Shown here in pieces: positions 40,110 to 51,030 of a stretch of DNA of 64,000 nucleotides. The stretch is from NCBI GenBank assembly GCA_038896535.1, contig JAWACY010000002.1:32001-96000 (forward strand). Direction: 5' to 3'. A program made the translations under genes and the position numbers. How positions within the stretch are numbered: position 1 is the stretch's first letter; every line of letters starts with the position of its first letter. Below the pieces are notes generated by a model. That model was given only the letters and a program-made list of their open reading frames with translations, was not told where the DNA came from and made no database searches. Source of the DNA: Candidatus Anstonellales archaeon (GTDB taxonomy: Archaea; Micrarchaeota; Micrarchaeia; Anstonellales; J096).

Positions 40110-41255
40110 ATGGATAGCAAAGATTTATCTGCAAGAGTTTTGAAGACTGCAGGGCATAATATGATATTAAACAATTACTATGATGATGCTATAATGTTCT
40201 ATAAAGAAAGCAAAAACATAAAAGATGATGCTGAAACAATATATTATTTGGGCATTGCTTATTACAAAACAGGAAAGATAAAAGGCAGCAAAATATATAT
40301 AAGAAAAGCAATGCAAATGTTTCAGACATTAAAACAATCTAAGATATTGGAGGATGAAGCAAACTATTATCTTATGCTTATATATTCAGATTTGAGGAAC
40401 ACAAAGGAATTAAAAGAAACGCTAGAATTACTTAAAGGCCTTGACCTATTTGAAAACCAAGCATATGTTGCTGGAAATCAAACATTTATTGTTGCTAAAG
40501 AAAAAAGAAAATTTGAATATGATCAAAGCATAGATAAAGAAATAGTAGATGACCCAGTATTAATAGAGATATACAATTTTATTTATCCTTATGTAAAAGA
40601 GCTTTATAATTTAAGTGATGAAGATACAAAAAAAATTGTCAGTAGGAGGATTATCAATACAAATAAAGAAGTTTTAAAATATTTTGGCAAGATGCAGATA
40701 GTGCCATTATCAATAGGAATAATAATAGGCATTATAAGAGATAAAAAAACGGCATTGAGGTTTCTTGAAATAACAAAAAGAACTGGTATGATAAGAAGGG
40801 AATTTATAGAAAGTCTGCCAGTCTTTACAAGATATGTTGTAAAGGAATTTCTTAAAAAGATGGGATTAACATTTGAAAAAGAGCATTTGGCCATGCCTTA
40901 TGTTGCTGAAAAGAAGATTGAAATATTAAAAAGTGCAATAGATACATTAAAAACATTCGAGCAAAAAAAAGACAAAGAGAAAATTAAGAAAGCACTTATC
41001 TCGCTCTCTGTTTATGATGAATATAATGACTTAAAGCCTATATTGGATGATATAAATAAAGCTATGCCAATATCTGGCTTCATGTTAAAAAAATCATTCT
41101 CTTCTTTCATCATAAATCAGTTGAGGGACTTAAAAAGGGCGCTTGCAGCATTTTATTCAGAAGACCAAGCAGGCCTTATATTAAAAGTCATTGTATCTGA
41201 CTTAGATTTAGAAGAAAAGGATAAAATAGATATATTATTTTTATTGGGTATTTGA
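40110..41255 (+). CDS. TPR-containing hypothetical protein
   Basis: N-terminal TPR-like helices (YYLGIAYYKTGK); start moved to avoid overlap with the divergent gene. Confidence 0.7.
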   Translation: MDSKDLSARVLKTAGHNMILNNYYDDAIMFYKESKNIKDDAETIYYLGIAYYKTGKIKGSKIYIRKAMQMFQTLKQSKILEDEANYYLMLIYSDLRNTKELKETLELLKGLDLFENQAYVAGNQTFIVAKEKRKFEYDQSIDKEIVDDPVLIEIYNFIYPYVKELYNLSDEDTKKIVSRRIINTNKEVLKYFGKMQIVPLSIGIIIGIIRDKKTALRFLEITKRTGMIRREFIESLPVFTRYVVKEFLKKMGLTFEKEHLAMPYVAEKKIEILKSAIDTLKTFEQKKDKEKIKKALISLSVYDEYNDLKPILDDINKAMPISGFMLKKSFSSFIINQLRDLKRALAAFYSEDQAGLILKVIVSDLDLEEKDKIDILFLLGI

Positions 41256-41295
41256 TAGATATAAAAATATAAAGATTTTGCTAACAAAATAATTC

Positions 41296-41637
41296 ATGCA
41301 GAAAAATGATAATGAGCAGATTGATGATGAATTAAATAGAATAAAGCAGGTCATAATAAAAAAGCTTGAAGAAGTTAACGACCCAGAGTTCGGCGTTGAT
41401 ATAGTGAATCTTGGGCTCATATATGAGATTAAAATAAACAAAGATGAAAAAAAGGCATACATAAAAATGACAATGACTACACCAACATGTCCTTTTGCTG
41501 CACTCATATTGAGAGAAGTGCAGGAAAAGCTAAGCAAAATAGATGAGCTTGATGAAATACATGTTGAGCTTGTTTGGGACCCACCTTGGAGCGCAGACAT
41601 GATGTCTGAAGAGGCAAAATTAATGCTTGGTATTTGA
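41296..41637 (+). CDS. DUF59/SufT-like metal-sulfur cluster assembly factor
   Basis: DPEFGVDIVNLGLIY, TTPTCP, WDPPWS. Confidence 0.93.
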   Translation: MQKNDNEQIDDELNRIKQVIIKKLEEVNDPEFGVDIVNLGLIYEIKINKDEKKAYIKMTMTTPTCPFAALILREVQEKLSKIDELDEIHVELVWDPPWSADMMSEEAKLMLGI

Positions 41638-42137
41638 GGGATAAAATGAAAATAACAACAAAAAGAGGAGATAATGGAAAAACTGAACTTGCTGGAAAAA
41701 TATTGAATAAACAAGATAAAGAAATAAAGGCTTTGGGCCTTATTGATGAACTGTTAACGCAACTTGCACTGGCAAAGTATGAAACGCAATTTAAAGAGCT
41801 TGATAAATTGATTGATTTTTGCTATCATGCTATGGCTTATATAAATGGGGCTGATGTAGAAATAAGAAAATGGCAGGAATTCTTTGATGACATATGCGAA
41901 AAAGGCATAAGTGATAATATAAATTTATTTGTAAAACCAAATGGCAGATCATGCTATATACATGTTGCAAGAGCAAAAGCAAGGCAAGCAGAAATAGCAG
42001 TAATAGAAGCTTTCGGCGTTTGCGAGCTTTCAAAGGCATTTAACAGACTTTCAGATGTTTTATTTATATTTGCTTATGAATACCAAAAGGCAGAGGGCGC
42101 ATTAGATTTCTTTCAAAATGACCCAAAAAAGATTTAA
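41634..42137 (+). CDS. PduO-type ATP:cob(I)alamin adenosyltransferase
   Basis: TTKRGDNGKT, GLIDEL, HVARAKARQAE, NRLSDVLF. Confidence 0.82.
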   Translation: MRDKMKITTKRGDNGKTELAGKILNKQDKEIKALGLIDELLTQLALAKYETQFKELDKLIDFCYHAMAYINGADVEIRKWQEFFDDICEKGISDNINLFVKPNGRSCYIHVARAKARQAEIAVIEAFGVCELSKAFNRLSDVLFIFAYEYQKAEGALDFFQNDPKKI

Positions 42138-42170
42138 AAAGAAAAATGCTAAATCATTATGGCGATATAA

Positions 42171-43016
42171 ATGGGCGGGAAAATAAAAAATGCACATCCA
42201 AGAATTTGGCATTCAAAAAATTTGCATTTAATCTTTTTAATCTTATTTATTTTATTCATCCCATTATCATTTTCAGCTATAAATGTAACAAATGTGTTAA
42301 CAGAAATAACATTGAATAAAGATGGCACTGCTACAGTGCAGGAGAAAATAAGCATATTCATAAGCAATGAACTTGACATAGTTGATTACAATAAAGCAGC
42401 TGAAAAAAATAATATACAGGCATGGCAGCAACTTCTTAATAATGATGAAGTAAGGCTTCATGTTGACTTATCAAAAGTACAGCTGATTGGCGATATTAAG
42501 ATAAGCCCACAACCAATAAAGAGCACAATACAAGGATTCTCAGGAGTTATAATAATAAATTACAGGGTCTCTGGCTTGTTTGAAGAAAAAGTAATAAAGC
42601 CCAGGGTAATGTCATATAAGCTTAATAGCAATGCATTATCATTCAAAAAAACAGATGCAGGAAATTTAATATTAAAAAATAATGTTTTATTGCAAATAAA
42701 TCTGCCAGATAATGTTTATGTATCTGATATAAATCCGCTTCCTTCAAACATAAAAAGTGAATCAGATTTAATAAATGCGAAATCATTTTATTGGAGAGAT
42801 ATCATAATGGTTGACCCAAAACTTGAGGTTATATTAGAACAGCCAATAAGTGAGGAGATAAATGCATTTTTTGAATCTCTTGTTTCATATATTTTCTCTC
42901 TTACTGCGAAGCAAGAAACACTTATCTATGTCGCTTTAATAATTGTGCTTGTTTTTCTCTACATTTACATAATATCAAACATAAAGGGATGGAAATATGG
43001 AATTAGCAAGAAATGA
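42171..43016 (+). CDS. Secreted/surface protein with C-terminal TM anchor
   Basis: Signal peptide, beta-rich body, C-terminal hydrophobic helix. Confidence 0.7.
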   Translation: MGGKIKNAHPRIWHSKNLHLIFLILFILFIPLSFSAINVTNVLTEITLNKDGTATVQEKISIFISNELDIVDYNKAAEKNNIQAWQQLLNNDEVRLHVDLSKVQLIGDIKISPQPIKSTIQGFSGVIIINYRVSGLFEEKVIKPRVMSYKLNSNALSFKKTDAGNLILKNNVLLQINLPDNVYVSDINPLPSNIKSESDLINAKSFYWRDIIMVDPKLEVILEQPISEEINAFFESLVSYIFSLTAKQETLIYVALIIVLVFLYIYIISNIKGWKYGISKK

Positions 43017-44394
43017 AATATTAATATTAAAAGCTTTGAAGAACATAAGAGAAAGCAGTGATTTAGAGCTGGCAAAAATTACTGGCTTAAACATGGATGG
43101 CGTTAGGAGGGGGTTATATTTCTTAAGTGAAAAGGGCCTTGTTAGGATATTTGAAGAGAAAAAAATAAGCTATAAAATAACTGAAATGGGCATTGATGCA
43201 ATAAAAAATGGCATGCCAGAAGAGAAAATAACAAAATACAAATATCTAAAAGAACTGCCAAAAGATTTATTCTTTATTCTTGGGCAGTTAAAACAAGCGG
43301 GATATTTGAAAGTAGAAAATGGAAAAATAGTAATATTGAAAAACATTGATGGATTAAAAATCATGAATTTCAAGAAGGCCATTGATAATGTTGATATCAT
43401 AAATAGTTTTGATAAAGAATTAATACAAGAGCTTCTCAGAAGGGGCTATTTAAAAGAAGAGAAATTGATAAGCATTAATGCATCAATAACAGAAAAGGGC
43501 ATTTTATATGAAATAGATGAAACATTTGCAGGAAAATTAACAAGAAAAATGCTTGAAAATAATGAATGGAAAAATCTAACTTTTAGACATTATGTAATAA
43601 AAGAGAATGAAGTAGAAGAAGAAAAATGTAGCAATGAACATCCTTTGAATATTGCAATAAATAACATAAGGCAGATATTTTTGAGCATGGGATTTAAGGA
43701 AATGACTGGCAATTATGTTGAAACCTCATTTTGGAATTTTGATGCTTTATACCAACCCCAGGACCATCCATCAAGAGAACTTGCAGACACATTTTTTTTG
43801 CCTTTTAACAGCAATGAAAAGATCCCTGATGAAATATTAGAGAAAGCCAAAGTAGAGCATGAAGCAGGATGGAAGCAAAAATGGAAAATAGAAGAAGCAA
43901 AAAAAGCAATTTTAAGAACACACACAACAGTTTTATCTGCTAGAACATTGGCAAAATACAAAAGAGGAAAGTTCTTTGCAATAGGCAGGGTTTTTAGAAA
44001 TGAGGCAGTTGATTACAAACATCTTGCTGAATTTCATCAAGTGGAAGGCATAGTAGCTGACGAGAATGTTAACTTTAGACATTTACTTGGCATATTAAAA
44101 GAGTTTTTTACAAAACTTGGATTCCCCAAGATAAGGTTTAGGCCATCATTCTTTCCATACACAGAGCCGAGCTTAGAAATAGAGGTTTATTTTGATAAGA
44201 AAAATGATTGGATAGAAATAGGTGGAGCAGGCATTTTCAGGCGGGAAGTTTCTAGAATATTGAATTGCACATATCCAGTTTTAGCATTTGGCCTAAGCTT
44301 AGAAAGGCCATTAATGATGCTGGCTGGACTTGATGATATAAGAGAGTTCTACAATAACGATTTTTCAATATATGACATTAAATATGAGTTTTGA
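42997..44394 (+). CDS. pheS: Phenylalanyl-tRNA synthetase alpha subunit (archaeal type)
   Basis: N-terminal wHTH, FWNFDAL.PQDHP, LRTHTT, HLAEFHQVEG, FFPYTEPS. Confidence 0.96.
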   Translation: MELARNEILILKALKNIRESSDLELAKITGLNMDGVRRGLYFLSEKGLVRIFEEKKISYKITEMGIDAIKNGMPEEKITKYKYLKELPKDLFFILGQLKQAGYLKVENGKIVILKNIDGLKIMNFKKAIDNVDIINSFDKELIQELLRRGYLKEEKLISINASITEKGILYEIDETFAGKLTRKMLENNEWKNLTFRHYVIKENEVEEEKCSNEHPLNIAINNIRQIFLSMGFKEMTGNYVETSFWNFDALYQPQDHPSRELADTFFLPFNSNEKIPDEILEKAKVEHEAGWKQKWKIEEAKKAILRTHTTVLSARTLAKYKRGKFFAIGRVFRNEAVDYKHLAEFHQVEGIVADENVNFRHLLGILKEFFTKLGFPKIRFRPSFFPYTEPSLEIEVYFDKKNDWIEIGGAGIFRREVSRILNCTYPVLAFGLSLERPLMMLAGLDDIREFYNNDFSIYDIKYEF

Positions 44395-44448
44395 TGAATG
44401 TATTGATAAATATGGGTTTTGAATATTTTATGGGTTTTGACTGATAAA

Positions 44449-45237
44449 ATGGCAGAAAATGAAAAAAAACATTTTCCATACGAGATAATAGGGGATATAG
44501 CAATAATAGAAATAGATAAAAAACATGGGGAAAAAATAGGCAAGCAAGCATTGGAATTTGCAAACCAATTATTAACAATGCCCTATATAAAAAGCGTGTT
44601 TATTAAATCAAGTGCTGTTTCTGGCAGTTTTAGAACAAGAAAATTAATATTTCTAGTAGGCATAAACAAAAGCGAAACAATTCATAAAGAGCATGGCATT
44701 AAACTTATGCTTGATATAAATAAAGTTTATTTTTCTCCGAGGCTTTCAGAAGAAAGAAAAAGGATAGCAATGCAAGTAAAAAATAATGAGAATATTGCAG
44801 TATTATTTGGTGGCATAGCTCCATATGCGCTTGTTATATGGAAGTATAATAAAGATAAAAATATTAACATAATGACAATGGAGCTAAATAGAGATGCTTG
44901 TTATTATGCCAAAAAAAACATAGAGATTAATAAAGCGCAAGATAAAATAAAAGCAATATGCGATGACGTTAAAAATATATATGAATACAAAAATTATGAA
45001 TCTTGGGCTGATAGAATAATAGCACCACTGCCAAAAGATGTTATAAGCTTCTTTGATGAGATAAAATATGTTGCAAAAGACCATGCTATTTGCCATATTT
45101 ATGTTTTTGCAAAAGATGAAAAAGAGGCAATAGAAAAAACAAAGGCGCTTGGAAATATAATATTTGCAAAACAATGCGGAAGCTATAGCAAAGATATATC
45201 AAGATTTGTCGTTGATATCGAAATAAAAAAATCTTAA
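44449..45237 (+). CDS. trm5: Trm5/Tyw2 family tRNA methyltransferase
   Basis: YEIIGDIA, TIHKEHG, VYFSPRLSEER, FGGIAPY. Confidence 0.85.
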   Translation: MAENEKKHFPYEIIGDIAIIEIDKKHGEKIGKQALEFANQLLTMPYIKSVFIKSSAVSGSFRTRKLIFLVGINKSETIHKEHGIKLMLDINKVYFSPRLSEERKRIAMQVKNNENIAVLFGGIAPYALVIWKYNKDKNINIMTMELNRDACYYAKKNIEINKAQDKIKAICDDVKNIYEYKNYESWADRIIAPLPKDVISFFDEIKYVAKDHAICHIYVFAKDEKEAIEKTKALGNIIFAKQCGSYSKDISRFVVDIEIKKS

Positions 45238-45541
45238 CTATTGCTCAACTATTAATTTCACGCTTTTTCATGCTTTTTATGGGCTTAATTTATCTCTCTA
45301 TTTATTTATCTTCTCATTAAAACTTAAATCACAAGTTAAACCCAAGGCAAAAATTCCTGCCATCTACATTTCTAGCATATGCTATTCTTTTTTACAGCTT
45401 TACTCTTCCTTCTTTCCTTCTATCCCGGCAGAGCATCTGCAAATTTTCTGTCCTGCTTATTCTTATGCCCTTACTTCTACCCTTCTATTTTGCCTCATAC
45501 TGCCAATGCTCTGCTCTGCTTTGCCTTTATCATTTTTAAGA

Positions 45542-46408
45542 TTAATTTAACGTCACAACCATTGAGACAGATGCTGTTATTTTCACTTTCTTTGTTTCTA
45601 TTTGTGTTTCTGCTGCTTGAGATAGATATGGGCCATATGGAGATTTTGCATAATAAATTGGTATTGGATAAGCCAAGCCAGATGAAACAGACATTTCTTT
45701 TATATTTACAACTTCCTTGTTTATTTCTTTTGCTACTAATTTAGCTTTATTTTCTGCATTACTTATTGCAATTTTTAATGCCTCTTCTTTCTTTTGCTCT
45801 TCCAAGTCATTTGTCAATTTGTAATTAATATAACTTATGCTTGTATTATCAAAACTTGCTATTGCATCTATTACTTTTCCTGCTAAAGTTATATTATTCA
45901 CCATAACGCTTAAAGTATGCGTTGTCATATACCCTTTAAATACTGTTTTTTGCTCATTATTTAGATATATGTATTCATAATAAGGATTTATTGTATATTG
46001 CTCCGTTTGTATTGATTTCTCATCTATACCTATGCTCTTTAACTTTTCTTTTATTGATGAATATATAAATGCATTTCTTTCTGCTGAATAGCTGGCATTT
46101 GTCTCAAGTGTTTGAATATAAAAACCAATAACAAGCAAGTCTGGATTTACTTCCAAAACAGCAGTTTCTGTAAAAGATAGCTTTGTTAACTTGCCATCGT
46201 TGTTTTGCTCTTGGCCATTTTCTTGATTGCTCATTGCCTGATTTTGCTGGCTATTAAAAGCACTTTGCTTATTTATATTTTCCACATTTTGGCTCGTTAA
46301 GTTTGTCTGCATATTAGAAGCTTTCGACTGCACTGTATAATAAGATAAAAATAATAATATAGCAAATAAAACAACAATAATAATGATATTGTTAAATTTT
46401 GAAAGCAT
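45542..46408 (-). CDS. SIMPL (DUF541) domain protein
   Basis: N-terminal TM; VNPD, IQTEQYTINPYY, ALKIAISNAENKA. Confidence 0.85.
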   Translation of the reverse strand: MLSKFNNIIIIVVLFAILLFLSYYTVQSKASNMQTNLTSQNVENINKQSAFNSQQNQAMSNQENGQEQNNDGKLTKLSFTETAVLEVNPDLLVIGFYIQTLETNASYSAERNAFIYSSIKEKLKSIGIDEKSIQTEQYTINPYYEYIYLNNEQKTVFKGYMTTHTLSVMVNNITLAGKVIDAIASFDNTSISYINYKLTNDLEEQKKEEALKIAISNAENKAKLVAKEINKEVVNIKEMSVSSGLAYPIPIYYAKSPYGPYLSQAAETQIETKKVKITASVSMVVTLN

Positions 46409-46548
46409 GTAATGATTAAAATGCTTTATTTTTTAAATATATGTTTTTTACTTGCTTTTTAACTTATTGCTTGTATAACAACAAATTATCTTGGTTTTGG
46501 GGCAGGGCTAGAAGCTGTTAAATTTGGTGAAGTTAATGAAGTTAAAAT

Positions 46549-47337
46549 TCATATTATTTTTACTTCTTTGATTGTTAAATTACTATTGATTATGAGCAAT
46601 GTACCAAAGTTTATTTCTTTCCAGTCTTCATCATCGGTTAATTTTTCTGAGCATAATAAAACTGCCTTTTCTCCATTCAAGGATTTGCTTGTAATCAACG
46701 CTTTTGTCTCTTTAGATACATATTGAGCTAGTTCTTTTGAAGATGGGTCCCTTTCTAGCTTGAACAGTGAATAATAATTTCTTGAAGTATTTGAATACCT
46801 AAAAGCATAAAGAGAGGCGCCATCTGATAATAGGAAATTTAGGCCAGTATAATTACTTTTTATAATGTTATTTACAGCTTCTTTAATTCCTAAAGCCACA
46901 TTTTTGTTTTTTTCGATGCATTGAAGTAACCAGTAAAAATAAACTTCTGAGTCAGTCTCTCCTTTTAATTTAATCTTATTGCCCCCATATTCAAGCGTTA
47001 AAGATTTTAATAAATACTCTCTGTCAACAGAACCATTATGGGCAAAAATCCAGTTTTTGCATTTGAACGGATGTGAATTTTCTTTTGCTGGCTTTGCTCC
47101 AGTTCCCCTTCTTACATGCGCTATTATTATTTTTGATGTAACATGCTTAGAATAATTAGAGAATTTGCCATTTTTTGATGCTGAGTAGCAGTTTTTTTCA
47201 ATTTTTGCTTCCCCATCTTTATACCAACCGATTCCCCAACCATCAGGATTCTGAGCTGCGAATTTTTCTTTGAATACCCCTAATGAAAATTCGAGATCTA
47301 CAGGTTTATTGGCAATTATTCCAAGTAACCTACACAT
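46549..47337 (-). CDS. Class II glutamine amidotransferase (YafJ/EgtC-like)
   Basis: N-terminal MCRLLG, NPDGWG, AHVR, NSHPF, FAHNG, GETDSE. Confidence 0.9.
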   Translation of the reverse strand: MCRLLGIIANKPVDLEFSLGVFKEKFAAQNPDGWGIGWYKDGEAKIEKNCYSASKNGKFSNYSKHVTSKIIIAHVRRGTGAKPAKENSHPFKCKNWIFAHNGSVDREYLLKSLTLEYGGNKIKLKGETDSEVYFYWLLQCIEKNKNVALGIKEAVNNIIKSNYTGLNFLLSDGASLYAFRYSNTSRNYYSLFKLERDPSSKELAQYVSKETKALITSKSLNGEKAVLLCSEKLTDDEDWKEINFGTLLIINSNLTIKEVKII

Positions 47338-47410
47338 TTTTCCTAGCCTTTCTAACTCTTTAAACACTATTTTAATATACCTTTTTTAAATATATCTACA
47401 TTAGAGTTTT

Positions 47411-48859
47411 ATGCAAAATAAATGTTATATAACGACCCCTATATATTATCCAAATGCTGAACCACATTTAGGCAGTGCTTATACAACGATTGTTGCTGAT
47501 TTTCTTGCTAGATTTTACAGAGATGTTGGTTATAAAACATTTTTCTTAACTGGCCTTGATGAGCACGGGGAAAAAATAGAAAAGACAGCAAAAGATAAAG
47601 GCATTGAGCCAAAAGCTTTTGTTGATGAGATGGCAGCATTATTTAAAAAAGCATGGGAAAGGCTTGGCATAGAATATGACTATTTTATAAGGACAACTGA
47701 TGAGAAACATAAAAAAGGTGTGCAGGCATTCTTGGAAAAAGTAATGGAAAATGGGGACATATATTTAGGAACTTATGAAGGGTATTATTGCGTTGGATGT
47801 GAAAGGTATTATACTGAAAAAGAACTTCTTGAAGGCCTTTTATGCCCCTTGCATTTGAAAAAAGTCGAGGAAAAAAGGATAGAGTCATATTTTTTTAGGC
47901 TATCAAAATACAAAGAAATGTTGCTTGATTTTTATGATAAAAATAAGAACTTCATTCCAGATTATTACATTGACCAAATAAAGAACAACTTAAAGGAACT
48001 GAAGGATTTAAGCATATCAAGGCCAAAATCGCAAGTTAGCTGGGGTATTGAGCTACCATTTGATAAAGAGCATGTTGCTTATGTTTGGTTTGATGCATTG
48101 CTTAATTACTATACCGCTTGCCCGAAAGATATGTGGCCGCCTGATATGCAGATAATTGGAAAAGACATTCTTTGGTTTCATGCAGTCATATGGCCAGCAA
48201 TGCTAATGGCAGTAAAAGAAAAGTTGCCTTCAAGAATATTAGCACATGGTTTCTTAACAGTAGATGGAAGGAAGATGAGCAAAAGCCTTGGCAATGTCAT
48301 AAACCCAATTGAGATGGCAGAAAAATATGGAAATGATGCATTGAGATATTATTTAATAACAAAAATAGCTTTTGGTGTTGATGGTGATTTTTCAATCAAT
48401 GCATTTAAGTATGCTTACAATAATGAACTAATAGGCCATTATGGGAATCTTGCAAATAGGCTTGCTGCTCTTTCAAACAGCATTGGCTATGAAAAAGCAC
48501 TCTACCATGATAATGAAAAAATAAAAGAAGCAATAGAGGTATTGCATAACAGTGCAAGATTATATAATGCTGAATCAATAATAAAATGCTATACTGATAA
48601 AATATGGCCCATAATATCTGATATCAATGCATTTCTTAACAAAGAAGAGCCATGGAAAAAAAAGAACAATAGCAAAAATGTTATCGGGCAATGTCTGAAT
48701 GCATTTTTCAATGTCTCTGTTTTATTAAGGCCTTTATTACCAAATGCAACAAGCAATATATTAAACAATAATATAAAAATAAGGGATATAAGGGAAGATA
48801 TCTCAATGCAATGGAATCCAGTAAAAAAGCAGTATGTTGTTTATAAAAAAGTTGATTGA
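47411..48859 (+). CDS. metG: Methionyl-tRNA synthetase, bacterial MetRS1 type
   Basis: TTPIYYPNAEPHLGSAY, single knuckle CVGC..CPLH, YVWFDALLNY, KMSKS. Confidence 0.95.
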   Translation: MQNKCYITTPIYYPNAEPHLGSAYTTIVADFLARFYRDVGYKTFFLTGLDEHGEKIEKTAKDKGIEPKAFVDEMAALFKKAWERLGIEYDYFIRTTDEKHKKGVQAFLEKVMENGDIYLGTYEGYYCVGCERYYTEKELLEGLLCPLHLKKVEEKRIESYFFRLSKYKEMLLDFYDKNKNFIPDYYIDQIKNNLKELKDLSISRPKSQVSWGIELPFDKEHVAYVWFDALLNYYTACPKDMWPPDMQIIGKDILWFHAVIWPAMLMAVKEKLPSRILAHGFLTVDGRKMSKSLGNVINPIEMAEKYGNDALRYYLITKIAFGVDGDFSINAFKYAYNNELIGHYGNLANRLAALSNSIGYEKALYHDNEKIKEAIEVLHNSARLYNAESIIKCYTDKIWPIISDINAFLNKEEPWKKKNNSKNVIGQCLNAFFNVSVLLRPLLPNATSNILNNNIKIRDIREDISMQWNPVKKQYVVYKKVD

Positions 48860-48871
48860 AGGCAAGAGAGC

Positions 48872-49432
48872 ATGATAGTAATAGAAGGTATTGATGGAGC
48901 AGGCAAAACAACGCTTGCGCATTACTTAAAAGATAAGTACAAGTTGCCTTTATTTGCTTTTCCTGATTATAAAAATTTTGATATAATAAAGAAGTTTCTG
49001 CATGGGGAAATAAAAATGAATGAAAAAGCGGCTTATCTGCTTTTTTTAGCAAACATAACAGCAAAGCAGGAGGAAATAGAAATGGCTAAAAAATGCATAA
49101 TTGACAGATATGTTTTTTCAACAATTTCTTATGCACATAGTGTTAATTTAAATATTGCAATGAATGTTGTTAAGCATTTAAAATTAAAAATGCCGAAAAT
49201 TGTTATATATCTTGATATAAATCCTAGGGTAGCATTAAAAAGGAAAATGCAACAACTCAGTAATAAAGGTTTAAGCATAAGAGAAAATATTAAAGTTCTT
49301 GAAATCGTGAAAAAAAGATACCTTTATATGGCATCAAAAAACTTCTTAACAAAATGGTATATAATAAATGCAGAAAATGATGTAGAGGAAATAAAAAAGG
49401 AAATAACAGGCATAGTTGATAAATACATATAA
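48872..49432 (+). CDS. tmk: Thymidylate kinase
   Basis: EGIDGAGKTT, DRYVFSTISY. Confidence 0.92.
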   Translation: MIVIEGIDGAGKTTLAHYLKDKYKLPLFAFPDYKNFDIIKKFLHGEIKMNEKAAYLLFLANITAKQEEIEMAKKCIIDRYVFSTISYAHSVNLNIAMNVVKHLKLKMPKIVIYLDINPRVALKRKMQQLSNKGLSIRENIKVLEIVKKRYLYMASKNFLTKWYIINAENDVEEIKKEITGIVDKYI

Positions 49433-49438
49433 TTTTAG

Positions 49439-50944
49439 GTGTTTTTAATGTCCAATATGATTGGTAATATAGCCCTAAGACCATACCAAAAAGAAATAAT
49501 AGATAGTATAATAAAAAATGGCAATACGCTTGTTATATTACCAACAGGCACAGGAAAAACGCTCATTGCTTTTTATGTTGCCTTAGAATTTATGCCATGC
49601 ATAATGCTTGCCCCAACAAAGCCATTAACAGAGCAGCATTACAGGAATTTTATGAATTTCATAAAAGATAAAAAAAACATAAGGGCATGCATTATTACAG
49701 GTGAAATAAAAAGAGAAAAAAGAAAAGAACTTTATGCATATGATGTAATATTTGCAACCCCACAAACACTGAGTAATGATTTAGATTTAGTAGATAAAAA
49801 TCTTATAAAGCTCATCATTTTTGACGAATGCCATAGGGCAATAGGTAATTATGCTTATGTAAAAATAGCAAACTACTTTAATCAAAGCCTTATAATAGGT
49901 TTGACTGCTTCTCCAGGGAGCGATAAAGAAAGGATATATGACATAATAAAAAATTTGAGGATAGAAAATATAGAGATAAGAACTGAAAGTCAGCTTAAAG
50001 AATTTCTGGCAAGTAAAGATTATGAAAAGGTTTTTGTTGAATTGCCAGAAGAGATGAAAGATATAATTAAAGTGCTAAAAAACATGGCTCAAACGCTAAA
50101 AAATAAGCTTAACGAACTTGGTATATATGTGCCTAATAAGAAAAGTGAATTTCTGGCTATTGGCAATAAGATAATGTCTTCTGATTCAAAATATAAATTT
50201 GCAGCAATGCCGTTCTATATAAGCTTATTGCATGTTATGCACATGCTTGAATTGATAGAAACTCAGGGCGTTAATGCATTCCTTTCTTATGCAAATAATT
50301 TAAAAGAAGAAAAAAAATTCAGCATAAGAAAGCTTGTGACTGATGAATCTTTTATATATGTATTAAAAAAAGGTCATGAAGCAATAAGCAGAGGCATAGA
50401 CCATCCAAAAATGCTGGCTTTGTTAAATTTGTTAAAAAATTTTGATAAAAAGAAAGTGATTGTTTTTGTGCAATATACAGAACAAATAAATAAGATAGTA
50501 AAATTTCTACAAGAGCATGGCATAAATGCAAAAGCATTCATGGGCAAAAAGCACGGATTTAACAAAGACAAACAAAAGGAAGTTATGGAGCAATTCAGAG
50601 AAGGCCTATTTGATGTTCTTGTTTCATCAAGTATAGGGGAAGAGGGCATAGACATACCAGAAGTAAATGCAGTCATATTTTATGAAGCCGTGCCAAGTGC
50701 TATAAGGAGCATTCAAAGAAAAGGCAGAACTGGAAGGGTAAATGCGGGGCATATAATATTTTTAATAGCAAAGGGCACTAGAGATGAAAGCTATTTTTAT
50801 GCTGCTTCTGCAAAAGAAAGAAAGATGCTCGCAATAATAAATGAAATAAAAGATATGCTAGCAAAAAAAAGAACAACAAAAAAAGAAAATAAGAGAATAA
50901 ACGGCAGTGGAAAAACCCAAAGAACAATATCAGAATGGTTTTAA
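49439..50944 (+). CDS. Hef/FANCM-like SF2 helicase without nuclease domain
   Basis: PTGTGKT, DECH, TASPG, HPK, EEGIDIP, QRKGRTGR; C-terminal QRTISEWF PIP box. Confidence 0.9.
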   Translation: MFLMSNMIGNIALRPYQKEIIDSIIKNGNTLVILPTGTGKTLIAFYVALEFMPCIMLAPTKPLTEQHYRNFMNFIKDKKNIRACIITGEIKREKRKELYAYDVIFATPQTLSNDLDLVDKNLIKLIIFDECHRAIGNYAYVKIANYFNQSLIIGLTASPGSDKERIYDIIKNLRIENIEIRTESQLKEFLASKDYEKVFVELPEEMKDIIKVLKNMAQTLKNKLNELGIYVPNKKSEFLAIGNKIMSSDSKYKFAAMPFYISLLHVMHMLELIETQGVNAFLSYANNLKEEKKFSIRKLVTDESFIYVLKKGHEAISRGIDHPKMLALLNLLKNFDKKKVIVFVQYTEQINKIVKFLQEHGINAKAFMGKKHGFNKDKQKEVMEQFREGLFDVLVSSSIGEEGIDIPEVNAVIFYEAVPSAIRSIQRKGRTGRVNAGHIIFLIAKGTRDESYFYAASAKERKMLAIINEIKDMLAKKRTTKKENKRINGSGKTQRTISEWF

Positions 50945-51030
50945 ATGCCTGCCTTAAAGCAAGTAAAGAAAGCAAGTAAAGCAAGTTTTTAGTAAGTTTT
51001 TTAAAGAGAAAGGATAATATAATATAAATA

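Noticed and set aside
45379..45744. 121-aa hydrophobic + strand ORF
   Set aside because: Overlaps the SIMPL gene antisense; hydrophobicity arises from pyrimidine-rich DNA
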